64,000 nucleotides of DNA from a virus (lineage: Duplodnaviria > Heunggongvirae > Uroviricota > Caudoviricetes), in the IMG/VR virus record IMGVR_UViG_3300033072_000187, positions 1 through 64,000 of that record. One strand, given 5' to 3'. Below, piece by piece: positions 1-8,708 of the stretch (positions within the stretch are counted from its first letter, which is position 1; the number at the start of each line of letters is the position of its first letter). The notes below the pieces were generated by a model. The model was not told the DNA's origin, ran no database searches, and saw only the letters and a program-made list of their open reading frames with translations. The position numbers were made by a program, and so were the translations under genes.

Positions 1-2
1 GA

Positions 3-203
3 GTATATAAGCATTTCCTTACAGCAAAAGAAATCCAAGAGGTAGCACAAGGTCGAGATATTTACCTGAATGCAGATCAAATCCTTGAACGCTTAGAGAG
101 AAAGAATCAAATTATTGAACGAGAACACAAGAAGCAAGTAAAAGATGAAGCAAAGAAATCTAAACAAATTAAAGAAAAAGTTGTTGCTTCCGAAGAGGTA
201 TAG
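3..203 (+). CDS. 3' end of an upstream gene (partial, Lys/Glu-rich C-terminus)
   Basis: Open frame 3 from the window edge to TAG at 201-203; not in the ORF track because it has no start inside the window. Confidence 0.3.
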   Translation, partial: VYKHFLTAKEIQEVAQGRDIYLNADQILERLERKNQIIEREHKKQVKDEAKKSKQIKEKVVASEEV

Positions 204-267
204 CTATACAATAGCTCTGTTAGGTTAATTCCTAGCAGGGCTTTTATTTTATAAGGAGAAAGACTAA

Positions 268-972
268 ATGATATATATGGGTAGTAAGAACCGCATTGCA
301 AAGTATATCCTCCCAATCATGTTAGCTGAAGCTGACAAGCAAGGGGTTACAACTTGGATTGAACCATTTGTAGGTGGTGCTAATATGATTGATAAAGTAC
401 CTGAGAGTTATACTAGAATTGGTTATGACTTGAACGAACACACTATTGCAGCAATGCTTGGTATTCGTGATTTTGTAGAGCATCTTCCAGTTAAAGTAAC
501 AGAAGAATACTATAAGTCAATTAAGAAAACACCTGCTGATCCAATCTCTAGTTGGGTAAGGTTTGTCTGTGCATTTGGTTCAGTGTTTGAGTCAACATTT
601 GCACGTTGTAAAGGTTCTGATGACTCCACTTACTGTATGCGAGGAAAACGTAACGCACTAAAACAATCTCCAAAGATTCAATCAGTAGAATTTATCTGTG
701 CGAGTTATAAAGATGTTAAAGTAGAGAAGTCACTAATCTATTGTGATCCTCCCTACCAAGGAACTTCGGGTTATAAGACTGGATCATTTAATCATGAGGA
801 ATTCTTCCAATGGTGCAGAGATATGAAGGCTAAAGGTAATATTGTATTTGTATCTGAGTACAATGCACCAGATGATTTTGAGTTAGTATGGAAAGGTGAA
901 ATTAAGACTAACTTTAGTTCTCAACGTACAGAAGCTACTCATAAAGCAGTTGAGAAACTATTTAAAGTATAA
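268..972 (+). CDS. Dam-like N6-adenine DNA methyltransferase (D12 class)
   Basis: Motif I EPFVGGANM and motif IV CDPPYQG in the track translation; AAGGAGA RBS before the ATG. Confidence 0.8.
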   Translation: MIYMGSKNRIAKYILPIMLAEADKQGVTTWIEPFVGGANMIDKVPESYTRIGYDLNEHTIAAMLGIRDFVEHLPVKVTEEYYKSIKKTPADPISSWVRFVCAFGSVFESTFARCKGSDDSTYCMRGKRNALKQSPKIQSVEFICASYKDVKVEKSLIYCDPPYQGTSGYKTGSFNHEEFFQWCRDMKAKGNIVFVSEYNAPDDFELVWKGEIKTNFSSQRTEATHKAVEKLFKV

Positions 973-981
973 GGAGGAAAT

Positions 982-1377
982 ATGAAAGCAATTATCTTAA
1001 ATAATAAGATTCAATGTTTGCATTGTAATGACATTATTGAATCAGTACATATTCATGATTTTAAGTTTTGTTCTTGCAATTCTGTAGCTGTTGATGGAGG
1101 GAAATCATATCTTAGACGCTTAGGTAATCCCTCGGATTATATTGACTTATCTGAAGTAGTTTCAGAAGAAGATGAAGATTATTTTCTTAAAGCTAGAGAA
1201 TCCTTTACTTGGAAGTCTTACGGTAAGAATGGAGAATATTCTGAAGGTAAATACATTGCATTAAAAGACTTAACAACAGAACATATCCAAGCTATTCTAA
1301 ATACTCAATGGCACATCAAGGGTACTTATGCTGAAGACTTGATGCATAAGGAATTAGCTTTTAGGTTAGATAAGTAG
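982..1377 (+). CDS. Cys-rich protein, paralog of 5205..5576; methyltransferase-associated
   Basis: Shared motifs KIQC..C, DFKFCSC, AVDGGK, ALKDL, AILNTQWHIKGT with ORF 5205..5576; sits directly 3' of an MTase gene; GGAGG RBS. Confidence 0.55.
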   Translation: MKAIILNNKIQCLHCNDIIESVHIHDFKFCSCNSVAVDGGKSYLRRLGNPSDYIDLSEVVSEEDEDYFLKARESFTWKSYGKNGEYSEGKYIALKDLTTEHIQAILNTQWHIKGTYAEDLMHKELAFRLDK

Positions 1378-1448
1378 GAGGCTGTAACTAAAGAAGAATT
1401 ATTTAGTATTAAAGATGAGTATTTTGAAGATAAATGAGAGGATTAAAG

Positions 1449-2183
1449 ATGGATATGTTTATGAAGTTACTAGATCAGTTTTATCTAGTCAATGTTGCTA
1501 GTTTTATTGAACCAAAGGTCTGTAAACACTGTGGGGAAACACTGAGTTACAGCAATACAGTCTCTCCAGAAGGTTGGGAAGAGTACAGTATCTCAGGTCT
1601 ATGCGAAAAATGCTTTGATGATACTACCTTCTGCATGAAGGATGGTTTAGATGAACTCAATCAGGACGTTCTAAGTATTGTCGAAAATGGTGTAGTAATG
1701 GGTGGTGGAGCATTGCGATCTCTTGTTGATTATAACGATACACCTCAAGATTATGATCTATTCTTTACGGACACTTCAAAGATTGAACAAACCAAAAATT
1801 ACTTCCTTCAGAAAGGTTACTCTAAGGTATTTGAGTGCCAAAAAGGTGAGTTGACTACATTTAAGAATGTAGACACAAAAGTTCAGTTGATTAACAAACG
1901 AGACTATTCTAGTTGTTTGGATATTATTAGTAGCTTCGATATTACTGCTTGCTGTGCAGCTTATGATGGAGAGCAATTCTATAAGCACAACAGATTTGTA
2001 TTTGATAATCTAAACAAGCTAATTAACTTGAATACTATTGAGTATCCTATGGCAACTATGAAGAGAATTGCTAAGTACAGTCAGAAAGGATTTCGATTGA
2101 CTACACAAGCTACTGAATATTTTGTTACTTACTGTAATCAAGTAGAACTTACGGATGATAATAAAGTATTTTATATTGATTAA
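1449..2183 (+). CDS. Zn-ribbon plus Pol-beta-superfamily nucleotidyltransferase
   Basis: CKHCGE...CEKC ribbon; GGGALRSLV-x-DYDLFF fits the hG[GS]x9-13DxD NTase signature; start moved to the ATG at 1449 behind GAGAGGA. Confidence 0.5.
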   Translation: MDMFMKLLDQFYLVNVASFIEPKVCKHCGETLSYSNTVSPEGWEEYSISGLCEKCFDDTTFCMKDGLDELNQDVLSIVENGVVMGGGALRSLVDYNDTPQDYDLFFTDTSKIEQTKNYFLQKGYSKVFECQKGELTTFKNVDTKVQLINKRDYSSCLDIISSFDITACCAAYDGEQFYKHNRFVFDNLNKLINLNTIEYPMATMKRIAKYSQKGFRLTTQATEYFVTYCNQVELTDDNKVFYID

Positions 2184-2194
2184 GGAGAACTAAC

Positions 2195-2368
2195 ATGAAT
2201 CAATGTACAGACGTTACCAAACAATACACAACTACATCTTTACTAAATGAACTCGATTCGCACCTAGAGAATATCCCTACGGTTCTAACAAAGATACTTG
2301 TAATTATGTTGTTCCCCACTGCACTTAATTCTATATGGAATTTCAAACTACAAAGATGTTCTAATTGA
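2195..2368 (+). CDS. hypothetical small protein (57 aa)
   Basis: TAAGGAGAAC RBS 5 nt upstream of the ATG; below the 60-aa track cutoff. Confidence 0.4.
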   Translation: MNQCTDVTKQYTTTSLLNELDSHLENIPTVLTKILVIMLFPTALNSIWNFKLQRCSN

Positions 2369-2460
2369 TACTAAGAAGTTACTCAATGCAAGAAAGTATG
2401 GAGCATTTACTTCAGACGCTGTAGAAGGGGACTTATATTTTAAACTAAAAGGAGAATAAT

Positions 2461-2649
2461 ATGCTTTCAGAAGAATATATTGTAAAATTTTGGATTACTA
2501 ATGACTTAGGCTTTAAAGAACAACGAGAAGAAAGTGTTTTATTGCATTCCAAAGGTAAGCATAATAAAGCAAAAGAATTTGTTATTTCAAAATATAGAAA
2601 GAAACCTTTCCATAAAGACATTGAAATAATTTCTGTAACATATCAATAG
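2461..2649 (+). CDS. hypothetical protein
   Basis: Track ORF with AAAGGAGAATAAT RBS. Confidence 0.45.
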   Translation: MLSEEYIVKFWITNDLGFKEQREESVLLHSKGKHNKAKEFVISKYRKKPFHKDIEIISVTYQ

Positions 2650-2657
2650 GAGAAATA

Positions 2658-2954
2658 ATGAATAAATACACACCAGATGAATGGACTCTCATTGAAGTAG
2701 ATTATGGTAAGTCCAAAGGACTTAAAGTATTTGCAGTATGGTATGGTAATTTCTCAAGAGGAAGTTCTTGGAAACTTTCCTCGGATATTGTAAGTAAAGT
2801 TGAAGAGGATGATTGTTTTATCTACACTACAAACTCTGGAAGTAAGTATATTTGTAGATTGTGGGATAATCGTGTAGGGTTATATGCTGGAAGTGTTATT
2901 AAAACACTTCAAGATAGTTATAAGGATGTAAAACTTAGTATTTATAAGGAGTAA
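2658..2954 (+). CDS. hypothetical protein
   Basis: Track ORF with AGGAGAAATAATG RBS; tightly packed in the operon. Confidence 0.5.
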   Translation: MNKYTPDEWTLIEVDYGKSKGLKVFAVWYGNFSRGSSWKLSSDIVSKVEEDDCFIYTTNSGSKYICRLWDNRVGLYAGSVIKTLQDSYKDVKLSIYKE

Positions 2955-2955
2955 C

Positions 2956-3690
2956 ATGAAACTTGACATCCTCAAATCGGTAGTAAATATAGGGATAAAT
3001 ACCCAAGGCAAGGATTACGTCGTCGGAGACGTTCACGGAATGTACTATAAGCTATTGAATAAACTAGATAGCTTTGGTTTTGACACCAGTAAAGATAGAT
3101 TATTCTCTGTAGGGGATATTATTGATAGAGGGCCAGATAGTCTTAAATGTGTTGAGTTATTAGATGAACCTTGGTTTTATGCTGTAAGAGGGAATCATGA
3201 GCAAGTTGCTATTGATTATTTTAAATCACAAATTACAACCTATGAATATCAAAGATGGGGAGGTAAATGGTTTATTGATCTTGATGTACCTCAGCAGCAA
3301 ACGATTTCCTCCATTTTAGATAAATTACCTTGGGTAATTCAGGTAAAAACAATTAACGGTGTTGTTGGTATTGTACATTCTCAACCTGTGAAGATTGATG
3401 GTGAATACAACTGGCAAAATTTTATACATGCTATTAAACACAATCTACCATTGCAAAATTTCGATGATGATGTAAGAAATGTTTGTACTTGGAGTAGACG
3501 TATTGCATACAATGAGGATGAATTGAAGAAAAGTATATCTGGTGTCTTTGCTGTTGTAGCAGGACATACTACTATCCCTGAAGTATTGAATCAATATAAT
3601 TTCTATTCTATTGATACTGGAACTTGCTTTGAAATAGATGGTTATGGTAACTTTACTGTACTTAATTTAAGTACAATGGAAGTAGTTTAG
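2956..3690 (+). CDS. Ser/Thr protein phosphatase (calcineurin-like metallophosphoesterase, lambda PPase type)
   Basis: GDVHG, GDIIDRG and RGNHE motifs in the canonical order. Confidence 0.85.
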   Translation: MKLDILKSVVNIGINTQGKDYVVGDVHGMYYKLLNKLDSFGFDTSKDRLFSVGDIIDRGPDSLKCVELLDEPWFYAVRGNHEQVAIDYFKSQITTYEYQRWGGKWFIDLDVPQQQTISSILDKLPWVIQVKTINGVVGIVHSQPVKIDGEYNWQNFIHAIKHNLPLQNFDDDVRNVCTWSRRIAYNEDELKKSISGVFAVVAGHTTIPEVLNQYNFYSIDTGTCFEIDGYGNFTVLNLSTMEVV

Positions 3691-3699
3691 GGGTATGAG

Positions 3700-3804
3700 A
3701 TGATTGAATTATATCAAGGTGATTGTTTAGAAGTTATGAAGAGTATCCAAGACGGTAGTATTGATGCTATTATCTGTGACCTGCCTTACGGCGTCTTATG
3801 TTAG
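3700..3804 (+). pseudogene. 5' fragment of a DNA methyltransferase (34 aa, ends just after the DLPYG motif)
   Basis: MIELYQGDCLEVMKSIQDGSIDAIICDLPYGVLC* parallels the N-terminus of the MTase at 4406. Confidence 0.5.
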
Positions 3805-3839
3805 CAATAAATATGGAGTATTTTGAGTGAGGTGGTTAG

Positions 3840-4406
3840 GTGGATGAAAAGTTGGTAATTGAACTGTATCAGTGGGGTAGAACAATGCGTTCTATAGCTA
3901 AGGAATTTAATACAAATCATAAAGTAGTGTCTAAGGTGTTAAAGAAAAATGGTATACAAACTAGAGAGCCAAAGAACCTGCGAGGTATGAGGAAATTTGA
4001 TTCTGATATTGAACGAAATTATAACAACATGGCCACGCATTTACGATTTGACGTCACTGTAGAGTGGTTAATGCAGTTTTCAGATTTTAGTAAGTTAAAA
4101 TTACTAAACGATGTAATTACAAATCGCTCATGTCGGTGGGATGTTTCAACGGACTGGTATAAAAGCTACATAGAGAGGTTCTATAATGATGAACAGTTCA
4201 ATAGCATTTATGCATCTTGGATTGATAGTGGAAAGTTGAAATATAAAAAACCATCGATAGATCATATAATACCGAAGGCTCAAGGTGGTACAAACTCTCT
4301 TGTTAATTTGCAGTTTCTATCATGGTTTGAAAACAGGTGTAAGAATGATATGAGTCAAGAAGAGTGGGATGTTTTAAAATCTAATATACAGGAGTATTTT
4401 GTTTAA
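3840..4406 (+). CDS. HNH homing endonuclease with N-terminal HTH
   Basis: C-terminal IDHIIPKAQGGTNSLVNLQFLSWFENRCK HNH motif; free-standing between MTase fragments; GTG start after GAGGTGG. Confidence 0.8.
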   Translation: MDEKLVIELYQWGRTMRSIAKEFNTNHKVVSKVLKKNGIQTREPKNLRGMRKFDSDIERNYNNMATHLRFDVTVEWLMQFSDFSKLKLLNDVITNRSCRWDVSTDWYKSYIERFYNDEQFNSIYASWIDSGKLKYKKPSIDHIIPKAQGGTNSLVNLQFLSWFENRCKNDMSQEEWDVLKSNIQEYFV

Positions 4407-5221
4407 TGTTTACTATAACTAATGAGAAGGAGGTACAGCCCGTAGGGTGCGTATTGCCTAACACGTTGGTTCATGGAGATTGTCTTGAGGTTATGAAGTA
4501 TATCCCAGACGGCTCTATTGACCTCGTGTTAGCCGATCCACCCTACAGCTGAATTGGCACTACTGCATGTAAATGGGATAGTGTTATTCCTTTAGATAAG
4601 ATGTGGGAGCAACTTAAACGTATTATTAAACCCAATGGAGCTATTGTCTTATTTGGTCAAGAACCTTTTAGCTCTAGTCTTAGATGTTCAAATTTAAGTA
4701 TGTTTAAGTATGACTGGTATTGGGAGAAAGAGAGACTTACAAACATACACCAAGTTAAAAGACGTGCAGGTAAGACTGTTGAAAATATTTCTATCTTTTA
4801 TGAAAAACAATGCCCATATAATCCTCAGATGCAAAACTACGACGGCCCAATTAGAAGTAATAAAGTAAAAAGTGGAAAACTTGCAGGATTGTCTGATTCT
4901 TCCCCAAAGAAAGTAAAAGAATATAAAGATAACGGAACAAGGTATCCAACACAGGTACTTAGATTCAAAAGAGATATACTCACATCCAATTTACATCCTA
5001 CACAGAAACCAGTGGCTTTGATGGAATACCTAATCAAAACCTACACAAACGAAGGCGAAACTGTGTTAGACTTCACAATGGGTTCAGGAACAACAGGTGT
5101 AGCTTGCGCTAATACTAATCGTAATTTTATTGGTATTGAGCTAGATCAAGACTACTTCGGTATCGCTAAGAAGCGTATTGAAGATGCTTATGAGGAGAAT
5201 AACCATGATTCTAGAAAATAA
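4406..5221 (+). CDS. N6/N4 DNA methyltransferase (PF01555-like) with an in-frame TGA at 4550-4552
   Basis: N-terminal part ...DGSIDLVLADPPYS, then TGA, then the same frame continues through HPTQKP and FTMGSGTTGVA to 5221. Confidence 0.6.
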
Positions 5222-5576
5222 GATTCAATGTAATAAGTGCAAAGATGTCCTTGTATCCGAGTACCGGCATGACTTCAAGTTTTGCTCTTGTGGAAGTTGT
5301 GCTGTAGATGGTGGTAAGGACTACGCAAAGCGTCTAGGTTGCGATTTTACAGACCTTAGTGTATATTCTGATGATCTTGAGTTTGAAGAGATTAGAGAGC
5401 TATTTACGTGGGGTACAAGGGGTGTCAATGGAAATAAACCTATTAAGTACGTAGCACTGAAAGACCTTGACACAGATCATATCAAAGCTATCCTAAATAC
5501 TCAGTGGCATATCAAGGGAACTCTTACTGAAGAGTTTATGCAGAAAGAATTAGCTTATAGAGGAGAACTACTATGA
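5205..5576 (+). CDS. Cys-rich protein, paralog of 982..1377
   Basis: Same motif set as 982..1377; GAGGAGAATAACC-ATG RBS; overlaps the MTase 3' end. Confidence 0.55.
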   Translation: MILENKIQCNKCKDVLVSEYRHDFKFCSCGSCAVDGGKDYAKRLGCDFTDLSVYSDDLEFEEIRELFTWGTRGVNGNKPIKYVALKDLDTDHIKAILNTQWHIKGTLTEEFMQKELAYRGELL

Positions 5577-5764
5577 ACTCATCAACATCTTTACTTGAAG
5601 CACTTTGTTTGCACCAAGAGTGCATGGCCCCCGAACTGTTCATCAATGTTTTGGTAGATTACCTTGCTGAAGATGTCTACTGGCTTAATAATCATATTAG
5701 TAAATACGATAGGGAAGTATTATTACTTCTTGCAAATAGACTAAAACCAATTGAAGGAGAATAA
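5573..5764 (+). CDS. hypothetical protein
   Basis: Track ORF, overlapping start/stop with its neighbour. Confidence 0.4.
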   Translation: MNSSTSLLEALCLHQECMAPELFINVLVDYLAEDVYWLNNHISKYDREVLLLLANRLKPIEGE

Positions 5765-5765
5765 C

Positions 5766-6557
5766 ATGAAATATATTACGGCTTTGTTGTTTGCTTTCGC
5801 CCTTGTTGGTTCTTCTGCATGTACTCGTATTGAAACAGGAGAAGTTGGCGTTCGCCTTAATGCAAGTAAACAAATTGAAGGGAATGAACTCCTGCCGGGG
5901 AGTTGGAACCAAACACTAATTGGCTCAGTGCTTGAGTTTCCGGTAAAGGATATTGCAATTAATATTGAAAACAAAACACCATTGACCTCTGATAACGCAG
6001 CATTGGCTGACTTTGATCTATCTGTTGTTTATAGCATCTCCCCTACAAGTGTAGCAGAACTTTACAGTACAAAGTCACGCAGCTTCCATGCAGAATCTTC
6101 AGATGGTATTTTCTTGATGTATAACTACATTACCACCCTTGTAAATAATGCCAGCTACAAAGTTGTACGCAACTATAAATCACTTGAGGTTGCAGACAAC
6201 CGCGCCAAGTTGGAGCAAGAGATTCGTGATATTGTTAACGAGCAACTGCTGCAAGAGAAACTTGAGACTGCGATTAGTATTAATGTAGTACAGATTCGCA
6301 ATGTTCAACCAAACCAGCAAATCCTTGAAGCAGCTACTAAATATGTAGCTGCACAAAATGAACTGAAGATCAAGCAAACTGAAGTTGAGATTGCAAAGAA
6401 AGAATCTGAACGTATGGCTGCATTAGCTAACAACAGTACTCAAAGTATTGCTTATATGCAAGCACAAGCTGCATTGAACATTTCAGAAGGTATCAAGGAA
6501 GGTAAGGTTCAGACTATTGTTGTACCAGCAAACTTCAATGCTCTGATGATTAAGTAA
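5766..6557 (+). CDS. SPFH/band-7 (prohibitin-like) lipoprotein
   Basis: Signal peptide plus lipobox LVGSSAC; IETGEVGVRLN...PGSWNQ...DFDLSVVYSI matches the SPFH domain N-terminus; GAAGGAGAATAAC RBS. Confidence 0.6.
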   Translation: MKYITALLFAFALVGSSACTRIETGEVGVRLNASKQIEGNELLPGSWNQTLIGSVLEFPVKDIAINIENKTPLTSDNAALADFDLSVVYSISPTSVAELYSTKSRSFHAESSDGIFLMYNYITTLVNNASYKVVRNYKSLEVADNRAKLEQEIRDIVNEQLLQEKLETAISINVVQIRNVQPNQQILEAATKYVAAQNELKIKQTEVEIAKKESERMAALANNSTQSIAYMQAQAALNISEGIKEGKVQTIVVPANFNALMIK

Positions 6558-6564
6558 TTCGTTA

Positions 6565-6605
6565 AACCCCAAGTACCTATTTTAGATTTCTTGGGGTTAT
6601 TAGTA
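6565..6605 (+). terminator. possible intrinsic terminator
   Basis: AACCCCAAG / CTTGGGGTT 9-bp stem with a 16-nt loop; weak T-tail. Confidence 0.3.
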
Positions 6606-6616
6606 TAGGAGAAACT

Positions 6617-7099
6617 ATGATCTACATTGATTCAGACGATGTTCTATTTGACTTCCAAGGGGTAGTCAAAGCATTAACAGGAGAACCATACCAAGGGGGA
6701 CTTAGCTGGAAGATTCTTGAACAGCGCGATAGGCTATTTTGGAACCTTCCTGTACTTGAAGGTGCAAAGGAAGGTGTCCTCCAGCTATGTAATACCTTTG
6801 GTAAGAATAATGTTCAAGTACTTACTGCCCTGCCAAAAATTACAAAGAAGCTAGTTACTGCACAAGTTGATAAAGGACAAGCTGTTCATGAATTCATTGC
6901 AGATATTCAGGTTAATTGCGTACAGCATTGGAGTCACAAAGAGTACTTCTGCCGAAGTAAGTATGACATCTTGATTGATGATAGCTCAAGGAATTGCAGT
7001 GCTTGGGAATCTGCTGGAGGTATTGCTATTCTTCATACAGATTGGTATAGTACACTACAGCAGGTAAAACTTAAGATAAAGGGAGTTACAAATGACTAA
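6617..7099 (+). CDS. HAD-superfamily 5'(3')-deoxyribonucleotidase-like protein
   Basis: N-terminal IYIDSDDVLFDF (DxDGVLxDF-like) and C-terminal ILIDD aspartate motifs. Confidence 0.55.
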   Translation: MIYIDSDDVLFDFQGVVKALTGEPYQGGLSWKILEQRDRLFWNLPVLEGAKEGVLQLCNTFGKNNVQVLTALPKITKKLVTAQVDKGQAVHEFIADIQVNCVQHWSHKEYFCRSKYDILIDDSSRNCSAWESAGGIAILHTDWYSTLQQVKLKIKGVTND

Positions 7100-7619
7100 G
7101 AAACTTACAGTACCAAAAGAAATCTATGTAACTGCTAAGATGCACAGAGAGTCTGAGTTTGATTCAGTTAAGAGAGAATGGGTTTATGGAGAAGAATATG
7201 CATTTGCTTTCTTGCACCCGCATGAACCTAATAAGAAGTCTGATACAACCCGGAAGGAGACTCAGTTAGGGTGGGCATATGGAGCATACAAATTTGTTGA
7301 TGATATCCTTGTTAAGTTGCACAGTCAGTATGATTACGCTTCCAAGATCAGAACTTACACAGAAGAACCCGCCAAATATCAGCCTAGAGTATTAAGTAAC
7401 GAACCTCTTACTGGTTTTGAAATCTTTGAAGTAGCAACTCGATACTCAACAAGTAATAAAGTATTTAAGGTTAAAGACCCCAGAGGTTTCGTTACTGAAA
7501 TTACAGCTAAGTCCTTGTTAGGTATTATTCTTGATGGTACTATCAAGAACGGAGTTATTCAAGATGCTTGTGTTTGGCAAGCTAACAAGAATTTGATTGT
7601 TTATAAGGAGAGTCTATGA
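7092..7619 (+). CDS. hypothetical protein
   Basis: Track ORF; AAAGGGAG RBS. Confidence 0.5.
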   Translation: MTKKLTVPKEIYVTAKMHRESEFDSVKREWVYGEEYAFAFLHPHEPNKKSDTTRKETQLGWAYGAYKFVDDILVKLHSQYDYASKIRTYTEEPAKYQPRVLSNEPLTGFEIFEVATRYSTSNKVFKVKDPRGFVTEITAKSLLGIILDGTIKNGVIQDACVWQANKNLIVYKESL

Positions 7620-7801
7620 ATGCTGAACAGATGTATTGCTACGGGATGATGCTTGCAGAGCAAGGTATCATTGAAGCAATGAAGGCTGAGAATATGCAAC
7701 GAGAAGCATTAGGTCAATCTATGGCTTATACTGAGAAAGATTTCTACGGGTGTATTAATTCTTTGCGTGAACTAGCTATTCGAGCAATGAACTCGTATTG
7801 A
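7616..7801 (+). CDS. hypothetical protein
   Basis: ATGA overlap with the upstream gene. Confidence 0.4.
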   Translation: MNAEQMYCYGMMLAEQGIIEAMKAENMQREALGQSMAYTEKDFYGCINSLRELAIRAMNSY

Positions 7802-7973
7802 TGTAACATTAACAGAAAGGATAACTATGAAATTTAAGCACTCACTAGAGATGAAGAGATGTGTTGATGAAACTATGTAAAGATTGCAAGTTTATCTCTA
7901 AAGATTAGATATTTAGAAATTAAAGAAGGTATATTAGAAGCAAAGAAAAAATACAGAAAGGTGGCACAGATAT

Positions 7974-8168
7974 ATGAAAACTAAAACTTATTTATTTACA
8001 TATTTCTCTAAAGGTAATTCCACTACAAGGTCTAAAGTTTCAGTAAAGGCAGTTGATCTTGTGGAAGCACAAGATAAATTCTTTAGTTATTTGAGACAAA
8101 GTAGCTTTTATTCTTATATGTGGAATATTGAAATTACTTGTGAATTGATTGAGAGTAGTGTAGAATGA
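7974..8168 (+). CDS. hypothetical protein
   Basis: Track ORF; AAAGGTGG before the ATG. Confidence 0.35.
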   Translation: MKTKTYLFTYFSKGNSTTRSKVSVKAVDLVEAQDKFFSYLRQSSFYSYMWNIEITCELIESSVE

Positions 8169-8197
8169 GTCCAGAGGTTTTCTAGTGGAGTGATAGC

Positions 8198-8560
8198 ATG
8201 GCAAAGACCTACCAAGAACTACTTAAAGAACGTGATGAACTCGATAAAGCAATCCTGGAAGCCAGAAAAATTGAGGTCGCAAGTGTCGTTGCCACCATCA
8301 AAGGCTGGGTTGAAGAGTTCGGCTTAACAGCTGAAGAGCTTGGGTTCAAAATTGCCTCGAAACAGGGTACTTTTGGCACATCAACAGTGTCTTCGGAAGG
8401 GAAAGTAGATAAGAGAACCCTTCCACCTATTCCAAAATACTCAAACCCAAACAATCCGTCTGAAACGTGGTCTGGCAGAGGCTCTAAGGACAAGCGGTCA
8501 CAATGGGTTAGGGATTTTATTCAAAATGGCGGCGATATAGAAAGTTGCCGTATTAAGTAA
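8198..8560 (+). CDS. H-NS-like nucleoid-associated DNA-binding protein
   Basis: N-terminal coiled coil and C-terminal KYSNPNNPSETWSGRGSKDKRSQW resembling the H-NS TWTGxGRxPxW motif. Confidence 0.6.
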   Translation: MAKTYQELLKERDELDKAILEARKIEVASVVATIKGWVEEFGLTAEELGFKIASKQGTFGTSTVSSEGKVDKRTLPPIPKYSNPNNPSETWSGRGSKDKRSQWVRDFIQNGGDIESCRIK

Positions 8561-8576
8561 AAATCATTCGTTTTTT

Positions 8577-8607
8577 ATATGGGAACTCCGGTTCCCATAT
8601 TTGTTTT
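8577..8607 (+). terminator. rho-independent terminator
   Basis: ATATGGGAAC-tccg-GTTCCCATAT perfect 10-bp stem followed by TTGTTTT. Confidence 0.6.
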
Positions 8608-8708
8608 GACTTGTGCATATTGATGATTTAATTATGCCAAGTCATATAGATAACGGTTGAATGCTTTTCGATTTAATTATAAATTAAATAATTATAAAAA
8701 GGTGCGAT

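Noticed and set aside
4550-4552. Genetic-code reassignment (TGA read as Trp or Gly) as the explanation for the in-frame TGA in the methyltransferase
   Set aside because: TGA clearly terminates other well-supported genes in the window, for example at 7617-7619, 9946-9948, 31423-31425 and 17824-17826. A global reassignment is unlikely. Local readthrough or a pseudogene remains possible.
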